Below, in pieces: positions 25,385-39,800 of a stretch of 64,000 nt of DNA. A program made the position numbers and the translations under genes. The stretch covers positions 20,152,001 to 20,216,000 of the forward strand of contig CM119372.1 in assembly GCA_051294905.1 (NCBI GenBank), given 5' to 3'. The notes under the pieces are model-generated. The model was not told the origin of the DNA, did no database searches, and was given only the letters and a program-made list of their open reading frames with translations. Within the stretch, counting starts at the first letter, position 1. Every line of letters begins with the position of its first letter. Source of the stretch: Botryllus schlosseri (Eukaryota).

Positions 25385-25722
25385 TTTGGTTTACGGCCGT
25401 ATTACCGAGATGGACATTACCGAGAATGGATATTACCGAGAATGGCCAATGCCAAGAATCTAGCTTACTGGGACGGACGTTGTCGAGAAATTTATACCTG
25501 AAAATAGATACCAAATGTGGCAATAAACGCCGTGATGCACACTCTACATGACCTGTTTAATCGCATAACATGCCTGCATTGCATATATTGCATTCTCGGT
25601 AATGTCCATTCTCGGTGGTGTCCATTCTCGGTATTGTCCATTCTCGATATTGTCCACTCTCGGTATTGTCCTTCTCGGTAATAGCATTCTCGGTAATAGC
25701 ATTCTCGGAATTGACCGGACAC
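25385..25722. mobile_element. Small foldback MITE with ~15-bp (TACCGAGAATG) subterminal repeats
   Basis: CCGAGAATGG repeats on the left face inverted CATTCTCGG repeats on the right. Confidence 0.7.
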
Positions 25723-25756
25723 GAACTTACCTACGGTATAGGTTAAATATCTATAG

Positions 25757-27628
25757 CAGTGGTTCTTAACCTTTTTTCCTCCAGCGCCCCCTTTCAAAAA
25801 TTATCGTGCTCCAGCGCCCCCCAACCGCATATTGTAAGGAATGTCATAAAGACAATGAGTAAGAGGGAGGGCCGTAACAGCGCTTCGTCACCCCCCCTAA
25901 AAATGATTGCCTTGCGCACCCATAACGTGATAAACCAAACTTCCGAGGGCTTCGCCCCCAAGAACCCCGTAGCGTGATTTCGATGGTCAGCAAAGTTTGT
26001 GTGGCATGGTCGCCCTAGGTAACAAAATTTTCTATAATGCATGAATGAATAGGTGGTAATTACATATATAAGTCGCTATAACCTTTTTATCCTCTCAGCC
26101 CACGTAATCAGATTTACCAGTAGCGCTGATTGAGCTGTTGTATGGGAAGATGGAGGGCACGTAATTAATAATTAAACATATTCGGGAGTGCCCGTAGGTA
26201 CAATTAATTCGTTACCAGGGCCGTAACAGCACTTCGTCAGCCCCGCCCAGAAAAACGTTGGTCTTAGCGCCCCCCCCCCCCCCCATCGGGTGATAAACCA
26301 AACTTCCGGGGGGCTTCGCCCCCAGAACCCCTTTCGGCTATCCACTATTTGCTGATACTAGTCATCTACATTGGGTGTCCATTTACTGAGCCAGGTATTC
26401 CCGGCAAGACGCGCGAAGCGCGAAAAATTTCAATAATTAATGATTGAATTGGTAAATATGATAGGGAATTGCATGTATATTGATATCAAATTTTATCCTC
26501 TCTCTGCTCACGTAAACAAATTTACCGGTAGAGCTGAGTGATGTGTGATTGAAAAGGTAGGACCCCTCAATAATAATTATACATACGTTGGCAGGAACGA
26601 AACGGCACTTCGTCAGGCCCCCCGAAAAAACTTGGGTCTTGGGCTCCCATAGGGTGATAAACCGACCGTCCCCATCACGTTGTTCGTTTTGCCACGAAAT
26701 CAGCTGTACTGTTTAGCGAGCAAGTGCGAAGTGCGAAAACTTTCGATAATTCATGATAAAATCGGTCAGTAAGATCGGAAATTGCATATATATTGCTATT
26801 AATTTCTTGTCCACTCTGCTCACGTTACCAGATTTACCGGTAGAGCTGAGTGAGGTGCAATGTTCCGTCTAAGCTGCTCACGTGCGCAGTGCTGACATGG
26901 TATCTGTGCACAGAAAATCTACGTTGCGCACAACTAATCCGAAGTTTTGACCCTTTTTTAGTCGTTACGCACTGTTGTCCAAGGGTCTGCGCAGTGAGCT
27001 TATTGAGTGTGCGCAGACTCATCAAAACGTTGAGCGAACAATGTGAGGTGTCTTGGAAACTGTAGGGCCCGTAACTAATGATTAAACATATTCGGGCGGG
27101 CGAACCCGTTGGTATGACTTCGTTGCATGATGTTATTTCGTGACCTCCTGTCTGCTATATATCAAAAAATATAGAATCGCCCAACAGGGATATCGCCCAA
27201 CAAGAATATCTAGTTTTAGATATCCCTGTCGCCCAATCGTACTAAACTAAAAGACGAACACGATTTCAAATTGGTATTTCTTCACTGGCATATAATTTTT
27301 CCCTGCCGGATGGAATTCGTCTTCTGGGGTTCAGATTGCCAACACAGGAATATTCGGTGCCAGTCATTTAGGCGCCCATGGACAATTAAACCTATATGTC
27401 TTTTGTAGGCTATATATAACGAAGTTTTCGGTGTTCATTTTCTCTGAATACTCATTAAGGATATGTCCTACCACCACATCATCTACTGCGAAGCCATTTT
27501 TCTCCAGCGCCCCCCATACCGCCCCCCTGAGCCCAGCGCCCCCCATATCGCCCCCTGAGCGTTTCCGCCCCCTTTCAAAATCGCCAGCGCCCCCTGGGGG
27601 GCGCTGGAGGCAAGGTTAAGAACCACTG
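25757..27628. mobile_element. Non-autonomous hAT element with internal tandem repeats
   Basis: TIR CAGTGGTTCTTAACCTT / AAGGTTAAGAACCACTG; perfect TSD ATCTATAG; about three diverged ~350-380 bp internal repeats (ACAGCRCTTCGTCA..GTGATAAACC..TTTACCRGTAG). Confidence 0.9.
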
Positions 27629-27907
27629 ATCTATAGTCATACCTCATCTTAAAATCCGCTTGTGGTACCATGGAGTGTCCGGAATTTGCTCCGCTAAAAT
27701 ATGGTAACCCTACTAACATGGCTTTGCCAGTGACATTAATCAGGAAATGCACCAATACATATTAAACACCGATATAATGAGAAAATAATTGTCGCGACGA
27801 AAGCTACTCAATGTGGTGTCAGACTCAAAAGCCATTCGTGGCGATACTGATTAGAATACACACTTTCTCATTTGCCATCATCTATATTTCTTGATGTCTG
27901 CTTATAC

Positions 27908-29085
27908 CAGGGGTGGGCAAACTACGGCCCACGGGTCGCATGCGGCCCTCCACACCGTTCTGTGCGGCCCGCGAGAGTCTAAAGAAACTTATTAAAAAAT
28001 ATTGATAAAATGCTTACTAAAAATCGAATTAATGCAGGGACTTGATTAAACTTTTTCCGAGTATATTTCACCATGATAATTCTAAGGCAGTGGTTCTCAA
28101 AACTGGGTGGCGCACCCCCTTGGAGGCGTGAAAGCATCTGAAAGGGGGCGCGATGCTGAACCCATCTGAAAAAAATTTTCGCGTTCTGCGCGATTTACAT
28201 TCCATTCATTGTTACTGCTTTGTATTTAGTCTGAATTTCATATTTAATATTCTCTCATCCACAGCCGCAACCTTCCATGCCTTCAAACTATACTCGTTAG
28301 GCTTGCTAGCATCCTGGTTGAGTTTTGTGATATGACGGTAAGGTGGACGCGAAATCGTTTACCATCATAAGGACGGGAAGGGCGTGTCTTAAAAATTGTG
28401 AGAACCACGCGTACTGTTCTAAGATAAATACTTCCTACATCATTTTTTATGTTTAATTTCTGGGGCGACAGCCCGATCTCAAGGCCCACGCAGTTTGAAA
28501 GGTCCTACCTGCTAAACATCACAGAAATCCTAAACGAGATTGACATAATTCGTATCACGAGTATGATTTCAGATTGGCCACTCCACTTTTAATCATTACA
28601 GGGATCCAATAAAAAACGGTAGACTCGTTCTCTGTATGCGCAGAATTAGGGTATTTATATTTTATTTACACATAGTAGAAGCGTGTTTAAAGCATACATG
28701 GTTATGCTGTTGTCAGCATTGTTTGTCCTGGAACTGAACCAGAAGTGGAATTAGTAAATCAACGAACAGATCGCTGCATACATATTTAAATTTCAATCCT
28801 GTTCTAAGAATCGGGACAACCGACTTTTATCTCTACAGTTTTGACAAATTGGTTAATTATTGAGGTCGATCAGCCTATTAAATCTCGCCACTGTTTCTGA
28901 CGCGTGTACGATATCATCAAAGCAATGTTTGGATTGTTTTAAATAAGCATATCTCCATGGCCTCACTATATAAATGAATGCCAATATTGCGTTTTCGTTT
29001 ATAATCCCAATTCTATATAGTGCGGCCCGCGAATGCATTCAGATGTTGAATGCGGCCCGCGAGCTCAAAAGTTTGCCCACCCCTG
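27908..29085. mobile_element. hAT (Charlie-like) MITE
   Basis: TIR CAGGGGTGGGCAAACT / AGTTTGCCCACCCCTG; GCGGCCC subterminal motifs; TSD GCTTATAC/GCTTATAT; contains another element's left end at 28088. Confidence 0.88.
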
Positions 29086-29382
29086 GCTTATATATTCTAC
29101 TCCGTAATTGTTGCACAATGTTATTTTTCATTGTTACTAACATGCAGTAGGCCATGCCGTTGCCAAATATTGATGCATCACGAGATTCTGGGTGGCTCAA
29201 ATTATGAAGTTATGCGATTCGTTTGAACAGTGAACCTTCTATATTCCGGTAAACTGGGTTGCTGGACGTACTCGTATCGAGAACAACAATATCGAATTTT
29301 AAACTATTGGGCATTTGGTGGACAGTGGATTTCTATTGATAAGATCGAGGCATGCGCCCGGAAGTTGAATAATTCTATAGCC

Positions 29383-30295
29383 CAGGGTTTGCCAACCTGC
29401 GGCCGTAGAAGGACCTCCGTGTGACCGTCAACACTAGGCTTACCATACGTCCTCTTTTAAGAGGATTTGTCCTCTTTTTTGACTTTTTTGAAAGTGTCCT
29501 CGGAGGACGCCCTTTTGTCCTCTTTTTGAGATTTTGTCCTCTTTTTTGAAAATTTAGCTCAGATTTAGAGCAAATTGCGAGTGATATGCCGCAAATGAGC
29601 ACAGAAGTGAAGATCCGGCGGGTATTTCGGAGTGAAAAACGGTGATTTTAGCTCTGAGCGAAAAGATGACCTTTTTTTTTAATCATCCACCTGGCAATGT
29701 GGAGAGAAATACGGTATTTTGAGCTCTGAGAGAAAAGATGACCTTTTTTTTAGTCAACCGATCACAAATTGTGAGAACTTAACCGGTTTTGCAAATTGCA
29801 AATTTCTGAAAAAGTGTCCTCTTTTTAGATTTCCAAAATATGGTAAGCCTAGTCAACACGTAATTCAATTAGGTGTGTTGGCGGCCGGCGACATGCAAAT
29901 TCAATTTACGAATGGACTCCCGAATTTCTGGGAGATTTTAATTAATCTTGAAATTTTCTTCGCGTTGCTGAAAATGATACTTTATTTTCCGATTTTAATA
30001 TAGTTTCTAATGCGTTAGGGAGATTCCAGTATCTTCCCGCTATATCGAAATTCCTGATACGAGGTCAAAAAATAACAGCAAGCAACGATTTGACTGATAA
30101 CAATTGGCCCGCACAAAGACGATGCATCATCATTTATAGCTTCCCTAAATTCTTGAAAACACCATTTCCATATATTCTGCCGATGAATCTGTGTATTACG
30201 ACTATGCCCAATTGCCCACTGCCCAGGAATGCGGCCGTAGGCTGCTTGAGTAATCGAAGTGCGGCGGTGAATAGCAAAAAGGTTGGCCAACCCTG
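29383..30295 (+). mobile_element. hAT MITE hosting a nested MITE
   Basis: CAGGGTTTGCCAACCT / AGGTTGGCCAACCCTG termini; GCGGCCG motifs; TSD imperfect. Confidence 0.78.
29435..29851. mobile_element. TAGG-terminated hAT MITE
   Basis: TIR TAGGCTTACCATA / TATGGTAAGCCTA; perfect TSD GTCAACAC; GTCCTC repeats. Confidence 0.9.
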
Positions 30296-30886
30296 TTCTA
30301 TCCCATATAGTCGTTACATTAAATATGGATAGGACGTAAATCGGGAAATGCACCGATGCCGCCAAAATCGCTGTTTAATCTGCAAACAATTGCCGCGATG
30401 CGATCTAATCAACGCGCAGACAGAAACCGGAAGAGACGCGATTTCGCGTTTGTAATCATCATTATTGCCTGCTTCAAACATCATATTCGATAGTTGTCGT
30501 GTGTTACTTGCGAACTTGCCAGGCCAGTGCGTAGTGTATTTCGTTACACTGCGCATTGCGCGTGAAAAATATTCATGCAACTCCGAATTCTCATTAACGT
30601 AAATTCTGATTCTTGTTCGATGCATTCCGTCGGACGGACTGGTAGCGCAGTTACACTTTCGAATGATCGTACCGTTTTAAGATTCCTATTAATAACTCGA
30701 CTGAATGGCTTGATATTAATAAGTGCAGAACAAGTATTAAAACGTCCCGTGAGGGGTTTAAGGCTTGCGGCATGTGGTGAAGTGTGTTTCAGTGCGACGA
30801 TTACGGCATCGAACTGAAACAATGATGACGTCACAAGACTTCGCCGCCTCGTAAAAAAATAAAAGTCGTCGCCCATGACCATTAGG

Positions 30887-31845
30887 CAGTGTTGGGATGA
30901 CTCGAGTCATGACTTGACTCGAGTCAGACTCGAGTCAACTTTTTCGTATGACTTGACTTGAGTCACTTTGCTAAAATGACTTGACTTGACTCGGCGCATC
31001 AGAAATGTGGATTGACTCGTGACTCGAAGCAAAATTCACGAGTCAATTTCAAGTCATCAAGTATAATCGGTTTCGATAAAAATCACTGTATCTTGCATTT
31101 ATTCGGATTGTTCGCGAAACGCTGGAGTAGGCCTAACCCGTGAGAGTGACCATTGACCAATCATTCAATGATCGTGCGTTTTACTGAGCCTCCATTGTTC
31201 ACTCACAAATATATTGACCGCAAGCGAAGTGATCGAAGCTTACAGCTTACGTTGTCGTAGCTGACAAGTATAGTAAAGTAATTTTATAGCAAAATGTGTA
31301 TTTCTGTTCTCCGTTCTTACCTTAACCAAACTTCTTGTGTTATTGAAATTGAATTCGAATATAGTTTATAGCGTCCTCAACCGTTGGCACAGGCTCAAAT
31401 TGTATCATATCAATTTGTAAATGGGTAATGTATTGCATCTAATCAATTCGATTCATATGGTCTATTTTGGCTGGTGACTATAAACTGAGGCTATGCAATA
31501 ATACATACGTAGTTTAGCAGTTCTAATCATATGTGAGCGATACAGCGCCTTCTTGGATGTAGCCTATATGTAACTCTGTATTTGTAATCTGTATTTCATC
31601 AGACAGCTAGCAAAATGCCATGACGTAGCATACCTCATACTTCAAAAAGGCAACTTGACTTGAAATGTGACTTGACTCGTGACTTGACTTGACTCGACTT
31701 GACTCGAGTCACCTCTAAAAATCAAGTGACTTGACTTGACTCGAGTCACCTTCGAAAATCGATTGACTTGACTTGACTCGAGTCAAAATGTGCAATGACT
31801 CGAAATGACTCGTGACTCGAAGGTAGTGACTTGATCCCAACACTG
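30887..31845 (-). mobile_element. Second, inverted copy of the GACTCGAGTC-array hAT element
   Basis: Same TIRs as 23322-24682 in opposite orientation; perfect TSD CCATTAGG. Confidence 0.92.
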
Positions 31846-33837
31846 CCATTAGGGCTGTTCAAAAATAACTTTATTTCATGGATTCCAGCCATTCACTAAT
31901 TAAATTGTCAGCTTACCCTAAAGCAGAGGTCTTAAACTCAAATGTGCTCGCGTGCCAATTTCCTACTTTTTGATGGTGCCACGGGCCGCAGCACAGGGGA
32001 CTTCAATGTATTTCTAAGTACGCCTTATTTGACAGGACCTTGCAAACTGACATTCCACACGCATCGTAAAAATGTGATTTACTATTGTGAATTCACGCCT
32101 GGCACGAAAAAATAAGATTTTTAGATAGCTGAATAAAATTGTTGCTGCACTTGGCATAGTTTGTCAAAAATAATTAGTTACTGTAGACACCATGCGAGAG
32201 TACAGATGCATCAGGACATCGTAAGAGCTGTTGGCTTATAATTTCGCAGCTATAGCGGACATTTGACGTGACGCAATTATAGGGAGACTTTTAAAATTTT
32301 ACAAAGATTTATCTGATATCAGAGCATCGGAGAAGTACATGCAGCCTAATCCGGGTCTCGGGTATACTCCAGATAACTATAGGCTATTGATCATGTCATT
32401 ACCAAGTCAAATTAAATCAGCGTTAGATTTAGCTTCGACTATTTGAACAGAGCAATAACAAATTGAGTATAATGATTACTGTGCCATAGCAATAGAAATG
32501 TCCAATCGCCCAAGAATCCATTTTGTTACAGCTGTGAAGCGTCAGCGGTGTCTTACAAAAAGCCTAGAGGTAGGCCGTGCTATAAGTCGACCGTTACGGA
32601 AAATAAGAAGAATATCGGCCTGGTGTAAATGACCATAGTAGTCGACAAGCACCATCAATACCGAAAAAAACAAACCTCTAAAAGCTGTAAAGGAGGACGA
32701 ATTGCAAAAAGGAGGACATTTAGGCGTCATCGGAGGACATTTTCAAAAACCTGAAAAAGGAAGACGTATGGTAATAACCCTAGTATTGCAGAGCCCTGGC
32801 GCCTTGGTTTTATACCAAGTTGGTATATAAGCCAAGGGCGAATAGAAGTCACGTGATGTGGTAATATTCCATAACGCACAGGAGAGAGAGAGAGAGCTAG
32901 GGCTCTGCAGTACGCAACTGAAAAGTTAACATTGGAATCTTCATTTAGTTCGGCCTTTCGATAGCAGACATGTTATACCTTATACGTGGATCCATTGAAG
33001 TCTTAGAAAGGCGACGTGTCGATAAAAACTCTAGTTTGAGTTTGATTGTACGGAAGAAATGCGAGTTGCTAGCCTCTATCAAATTTCCAAATGTCGCTAC
33101 TGCCAAATTTAACGAACTTTGTTCAAACGTGTTTTTAACTTTGACGCATACTGTTTTCTAAACTAGTTGTAGACTACTTTCAAATAGTTTCGTACAACAC
33201 TTTGTGACGTTATCCAAATCCAAAGTAAGCCGTGAACTGTATTACAACCTGCAGAAAAATATGCCCTTCAAATTTCAAAATCAATTAAAAATTTATTTCA
33301 TTTCTTCAATTACTATGGAAATGGGTCCAATTGCATTTTAGTATTGAGATGTAACAGTCCAATATACTCGGCGGACCAGCAGGACACTTGCCACGGACAG
33401 GTACCGGCGGTAGAGAATTACTTGTCAACATTATATTTCACAATACTATACTGGTCCTGAAGATTTTGGTCTCGCCGAGACAGAAATAAAGATTTGAGTC
33501 GTATTCTACAGCGGACACAGAGATTCCTTCTACAACTCATTTCGCTGGACGACTGGATCGTTCACAAATAATTAGTTTATTAATAACTTCATCAGTTAAA
33601 ACATCACAAAGTTGTGGTATAATGAATAGATAGAAAGGAGTCAAAACGACTTGTAATAGCATATCATGCAAACACCCGCATTGTGCTATAGGGCCTATAT
33701 ACGAAGCACGCACCGGTCATGAAACAATGAATGAAAAATAACAAAACAAAGTAGAAACTGGACAATAAGGGCATGCAATGAAATGGAGGGGCAAGTGTCG
33801 GTAAGTAAGGCCAGCGAACAAAATCTACTTTATTTCG

Positions 33838-36800
33838 TTATAATTCATCACGAGCATTCATCATGGCTTTGGCGAGCAAATCCCACACCGCGGCCGAACT
33901 GTCGCCATTCTCGATCACCGTCGCCAACACCGAGCCGAGCAATTCCGATTGTTCAAATTCAGCGATCCACGCTTTCAGCCTGGAAATTTCAACAGGCTAG
34001 TAGAAATATAGGATACGTTTGGAGACGGTCATGTCACTTATCGTCTCCCAGAACGCTGCCGTCTATCGAAGGTCTCGGTGGAGGGCAAGTAAACCTGTTT
34101 TCTGGTGAAGGAGTCGAAGTCGGATGGTCACCATCCGTATCGATAAGACCATGCATCTGTGAAAGATGTCTATATGAAAATATTCCACAACGTTCACATG
34201 TTAAGAAATTATCGTTCAATGCTCACGAATTGAAGCATCCCAGTAGGAAAGTCGGTATATAGCCTACATATACAAGTAGAGCATCCGACAGAGGTTATCA
34301 GTGACAAAATACTATTACATCATGATAACACTCAGATAAGTCGGTTGGTACATAAGCCAACTTTCACGTATAGCTCTTTATCACGATCAGGCGTAGTCAG
34401 GTGAGATTGTCACAATACAGCAGCCAACCTTTTCACAGGCAAAACACTCGAATCCGTTTACAAAATGCGGCAGAGAAAAGTCTTGAGTGGACCATTTGCG
34501 CTGCGCTATTGCTTCTCTCATCTTATCCGGTAAGCTTCGATTGTCCTGGATAAGAGAAAAAAAGCAACTGAAAATTGCTAACGCGAGGGTGGATGTATCG
34601 GGACAAGCAAATTCGTCCGCCGCACTCTTGCTCATCTATTCTACCTGTGATGCACATTCTAGCCTGATTATATGGGAGCAACTAGTTACCTTCTTATACT
34701 CCAGATATGCGGAATATTTTGTTTCGTCTTCGTCCAATTCCACGATGAACTTTCCAAGGGCTTCCGGCGATGGGAAGTCTGTCACTAAAAGTATGCACAT
34801 ACAATACACCCCGTCGGTCAGGGAGAGGTCGGTTTGTGGAGTCTAAGTCGTCGTAACAAATTATGACAACAACAAAGACTTGCCACACTTAGCCTGTATG
34901 TATGGCCATTGACCAATTCATCGCGAGTTACGCCACCGCACCACGAAGACCCTCTCTACGACATTTTCTCTAGTGCTGGCAGTATTGGGAGCCCACGATA
35001 TTGCAGAGATCAACTTATAATTTTCTCTGGATTACATACTGTATCAGAGAGAGAGAGAGAGATATGGTATTCTTTTTCGCCTGCACCATCGAGATGCTTT
35101 GACGACGGAGATGCGATATGGCCTTTATAGCAAGGTCATCTAGTCTGCACCCCCGTTTTTTCTCCTCCATGCTATCCGTGATTGCTGAGCGCCTAGCAGG
35201 ATAGCCGCGGATACCAGTTTTCGAGTTATTGTTCTGACCCGGCCGGGGATCGAACCCACGACCTAGCGATCAAGAAGCCGATCACCATTACACTATCTCG
35301 CTCGGTCAGTGGTTGTACTTTTTAGGGGTACTCAAAGTAGGTTTGCTAACTTGCACTAGTTGGTTATGCATTGAACTACCTCACTTCTATTTAACAGCTT
35401 TTGGGCAAAACTTATTTTCTACAATTAAGATTTTGAAAAGTAGAAATTGTTGGAATAAGTTCGCATCACCTATATGAGTGAAATTGTCTTAAGAAACGTG
35501 TGATATCGCCTCTGTATCGAGGTAACTAATATATTTTTGAATATGTATGTTACAATTTCAGAAATGGACACCTCCAATTTGCTTCCAAATGTAAGCGACC
35601 GCTCAACCAAATCTAGTTTTCATAACTACGTGCCTTTCAGACCTTTCAATGACTACTACTCCCACTTAAAATAGTTTTCACATGGCTCGGAAATTGCTTC
35701 CTATACTTGTTGTTGAGTAGAACCACATGTCATTACTTCTAAATGAGTAGGAACGCTGACTACTTCGACGTCCTCCGTGTCCTATATACATGCTATTCAA
35801 CGATGCACTATAGTGCCGTACTTGAAAAATCTTTTATATTCAGTTTCTGCAATCACTGGTTTTGCCCCACGTGTGTTACAGTGTGAGATATTCTTCAAAT
35901 TGCACTCAAGCAGGATTATGCTAAACTGCTCCAGTGCTCCTATTTTCCATCCTATGTGTCAAATCTGTGATTTTGTCCATCTAAATTCTAAGAATATATG
36001 TATCGCAACGGCGCACAGACATGTTGACTTCTTTTACCATTAAGTTACGTTTAATACTCGTATATTTGATAAATATACACTATTTACAAGGACCAGACTT
36101 CTCAAATTTGCATTATCTCAATTTTCAACTATGTCAGATGCAAAACCCTCGAGCCCGCCGTCTAATATCAGTAAGCCAATTGTCAAAAACAGCAGATAAT
36201 TATCAGTGAATTCGACGTACCTTTAATCACCGAACGTTTTGGACTCCACTCATCCACATTGGAAGCGCCCATATAGATCGGAACAGATCCGACATGCAAA
36301 GCTCTGTACAGTTTCTCCGTCACGTAGTCGTCGCACACAGCGTTCTCGAAGGCAATGTGAAACTTGTACTTGGCTGCAATCATGGCTTCTACAAGCACGC
36401 AAATTTCAACCGATAAACTGAATGCATGCTGATTGCTTACAGACGAAGTGTAGAAATTCGTCGCTGCGCAAATTCTTCATCCCATCAAGCCCGTCAAAAT
36501 CCAAATCTTTGTTACGCAGGCAGTCCCCGTAACTATCAATCTGACATGAATGTGGAATATGAATATCGTGGATTTTGAATAGAATGCATATTAGCCCACC
36601 TTTACATATTTCATCAATTCAGAAACATAACGATCTCGATCGGAAGGCGTATCACAGTTGGATTGCACGTAGATGACAGGGGCCAGTCCTGCATTGCGGT
36701 GCCTGTTGCGAAAAGATCATAGTTTGCACGCAACCTGAACTAGGATGACTCCTATTGCTATTAGTTCAATGTGTGACTGTTAATGGTATCAACCCACAAC

Positions 36801-39800
36801 CATAGTTGTAATTATGAACAGAGTGGTCAAAGTAGTCAAGAAAGCTACTCAAGTAGAAGTGGAAGTAGCGATGTAAAAATCTACTCACGTACGAGTAGAA
36901 GTACTTCGTCCATAAGCAACCTAAAACTACTTGAAGTAGAAGTAAAATTGACTGACTTTAAAACTACTCAAGGAAGTAAGTAGTTGTGAAAACGATCGTA
37001 ATTCGTTCGCATGGATTGTCAAAAGCTGCAAATTAAGCTATGCGAAAGGTGCAGAGCTTCAGTCATTTTGATTCATACCAGGAGGTATCCAATTTTTGAT
37101 AGCATAAGCATACGTCCGCACTCCGCATCATGGGATGAAAATGATACTATTGATATGGATATGCAATACTAATCCTCCAGCCCGTTTTAGAAAATATCAT
37201 GGTATGACGCCCCCCCCCCCCCATATTATAGGGCCCGTAGTTTGGCCGAAGAGCAATACGGAGAAGTTGTATCGGATACGGTGTACGATTAGTAAACGTT
37301 AATAAAAAATATGGTGGATCGTAAAAATGCCATATTGTGCATCTTTATTTCCGGGAATTAAAGGCATTTCTACACTTGCTTACTTCAACTCAAAGAATGA
37401 TACTGGGAATTGAAAGATGAATATAAATACTATTTCTAAAAGCAAAAAATTTATTGCATGTCTTTGGTCCAGAAAGTTTCAAAGGTGGTATACTAGAACA
37501 GGTATAAAATTTAAAAAAAGTCAGAGTCCACTTTTCCAGATTAGGACACGCCATGGACTGATAGATTACGATATAAGTAAATGCTAGATTGCAAAACATC
37601 AGTTTCAAACGTTATGATGGGCCATATAAACTGTGATGAAATATTTCATATGGGCGACAATGCAGTGTGAACGGCACCATGCATTCTCATGCAACCCGCT
37701 ACCTAAATTATATTCACCGATACTTTGGTGAAATGATATTGGTCACTCCAAATCCACTGTATACAAAGCGCGACTAAAATTCTGGATTTTGCTCAACTTT
37801 TATGAAAATTAAATGTTGATACTCCGCGAAAACAGCCACGAAATTCCTCAGCCTATCTTCCTGATTGGAAGATTAAACTACTTCTACTTGAGAAACTGAA
37901 AATAGTGAAAAGTTAGTAAGTAGATCACAAATTACGAAGTAGAAGTAGTGGGAAATTGGATCTACTTATGTACCCAAGTAGCAGAAAACTACTTGAGTAC
38001 TTCAAAAAAGTAGAAGTACTTCGTTACTGATCACCTCTGATTGTTATGAAGCATATCTAAGTAACAGGTAGCAACTGGGTTGGTTGTGGCTAATCATATC
38101 ATCAGCTATAATGAGAATTCAAACTCACATAATGTTCGAATTAACTTGAGAAGTCATACACTATAATGAAGCAGGATAATGATTATCATGATTGAATTCT
38201 ATAAATACAAAGTATCATATTCAAATATTAGCTTCAGAGGAAACATTATGTTTGGCACAGTTAGACACCAATGTATGTTTTCCGCCCACCTGTTCTTCTC
38301 CTTGAAAGACAGAGGCTTTCTGTTTAATAGATGTCCAATGCTCGGTATGTATTGTGTTGTAAGTGGGTAGTCGGAAGTGCTCTTGAAAGTAGCTGATAGA
38401 TTGAATAGTTCCAATATTTTGGTCTGGCAGAGCAGGAAACTATTTTTTGGAGATTCTTCATGGAGCAATGCCCACTGAATGGTACCGTACATATGTAAGT
38501 GCTTTGCTGATCACCCATTAGGCCTACCGAAATTGCATGTATGATGTATATATGCGACATTCCATATATGATGTAGGCATGACGTCCACATTTGCATTTA
38601 CAGTTGTCATCAACCATATTGGTGTGATATTTGTAAGTAAAGGTGGTCAAAGTGCAAAGTGATGTTACTCAAATTGGAGGAGATTCTCTTTAATTACTAG
38701 CATAAGAAGTGAAAGTACTTTAGCACATCACACACACAAAAAAAACTTTGCATGTAAGTTGGAAGTAGTCTAAGTCAAAACAGTTCGGATAATACTTGTA
38801 AGCGAGGTGACTGAGCCAGCTACTAATCTTCTTGTATATTCACAATTCCACTACTTTGAGATGACGGGTGATAAATAGGTGAAATGAGCTGAATTTCAGA
38901 ATTTTTTTTTGGTAAATAGTTTATTTTTGAAACCGACATAGTCTAAAGAAATTTGTCATCAAAACTATGTCATTAGCTATTCTTTACTAAACCTATTTTG
39001 AAAGGAGACTAGTACATTATCAGATTATTACGTGCTTGATCGGTAAAAAGTAACTTTTATAAACGGTGATTCAACAATATTAGACCTACATTGCAACATA
39101 CTTGCTAACGCTGACAAGTGATCTCACAACTTACGAGATGCTGCTTCTTTTTGGGGAGTGGCAAGTCATCTGGTTCAAAATCGCTTCCGTAGAATATAAT
39201 GCTTGCCACGTCAACTTGCTTCAACAAACTCCTGCTTTTTGATGCATAGCACTCTATCCCACGCCCACAAGATACATCATACAGTTCTTTATCTTTCTCC
39301 TCTGGAACAGATAGCTACTCGGTATATATATAGAAAAAAACATATAATTGCATAGCTGTGAGTCTTTTGACTTCCTTAAACTTATAATGTAAAAATATTT
39401 GAGCACTTTGATGCACTTTAGGTATGATGCAACTGCTTTCAATAGTGTGATGTGTGCACTGAGCTTTCGTGTAACGGGTATCCTTTATATTACATATTTG
39501 GTTCCTGATCCCATGCGGCATGTGTATTAATTCATCAATTAATTAATTGAGTATTTGACAGTCACAGTCACAAATTTGAAATTATGATATAGTAAAGAAA
39601 GGGGATGATCGCATTGATTCAACGTGAAGTATTTTAGAATGAGGGGAGAGATGTAGTATATTCGATATCAACATAACATGAAATCACATCTAATTTAGAT
39701 ATCAAAACTGCCAAGGCATCAATCTGACTTGAAAATATATACAACACAAAAGCACACAACACATTCAATGTCTATTGGTAGTTTAAACTCACCTATGTGA

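Noticed and set aside
35255..35307. Possible tRNA gene
   Set aside because: No complete cloverleaf, and it continues into a repeated body and tail, so it is a SINE head.
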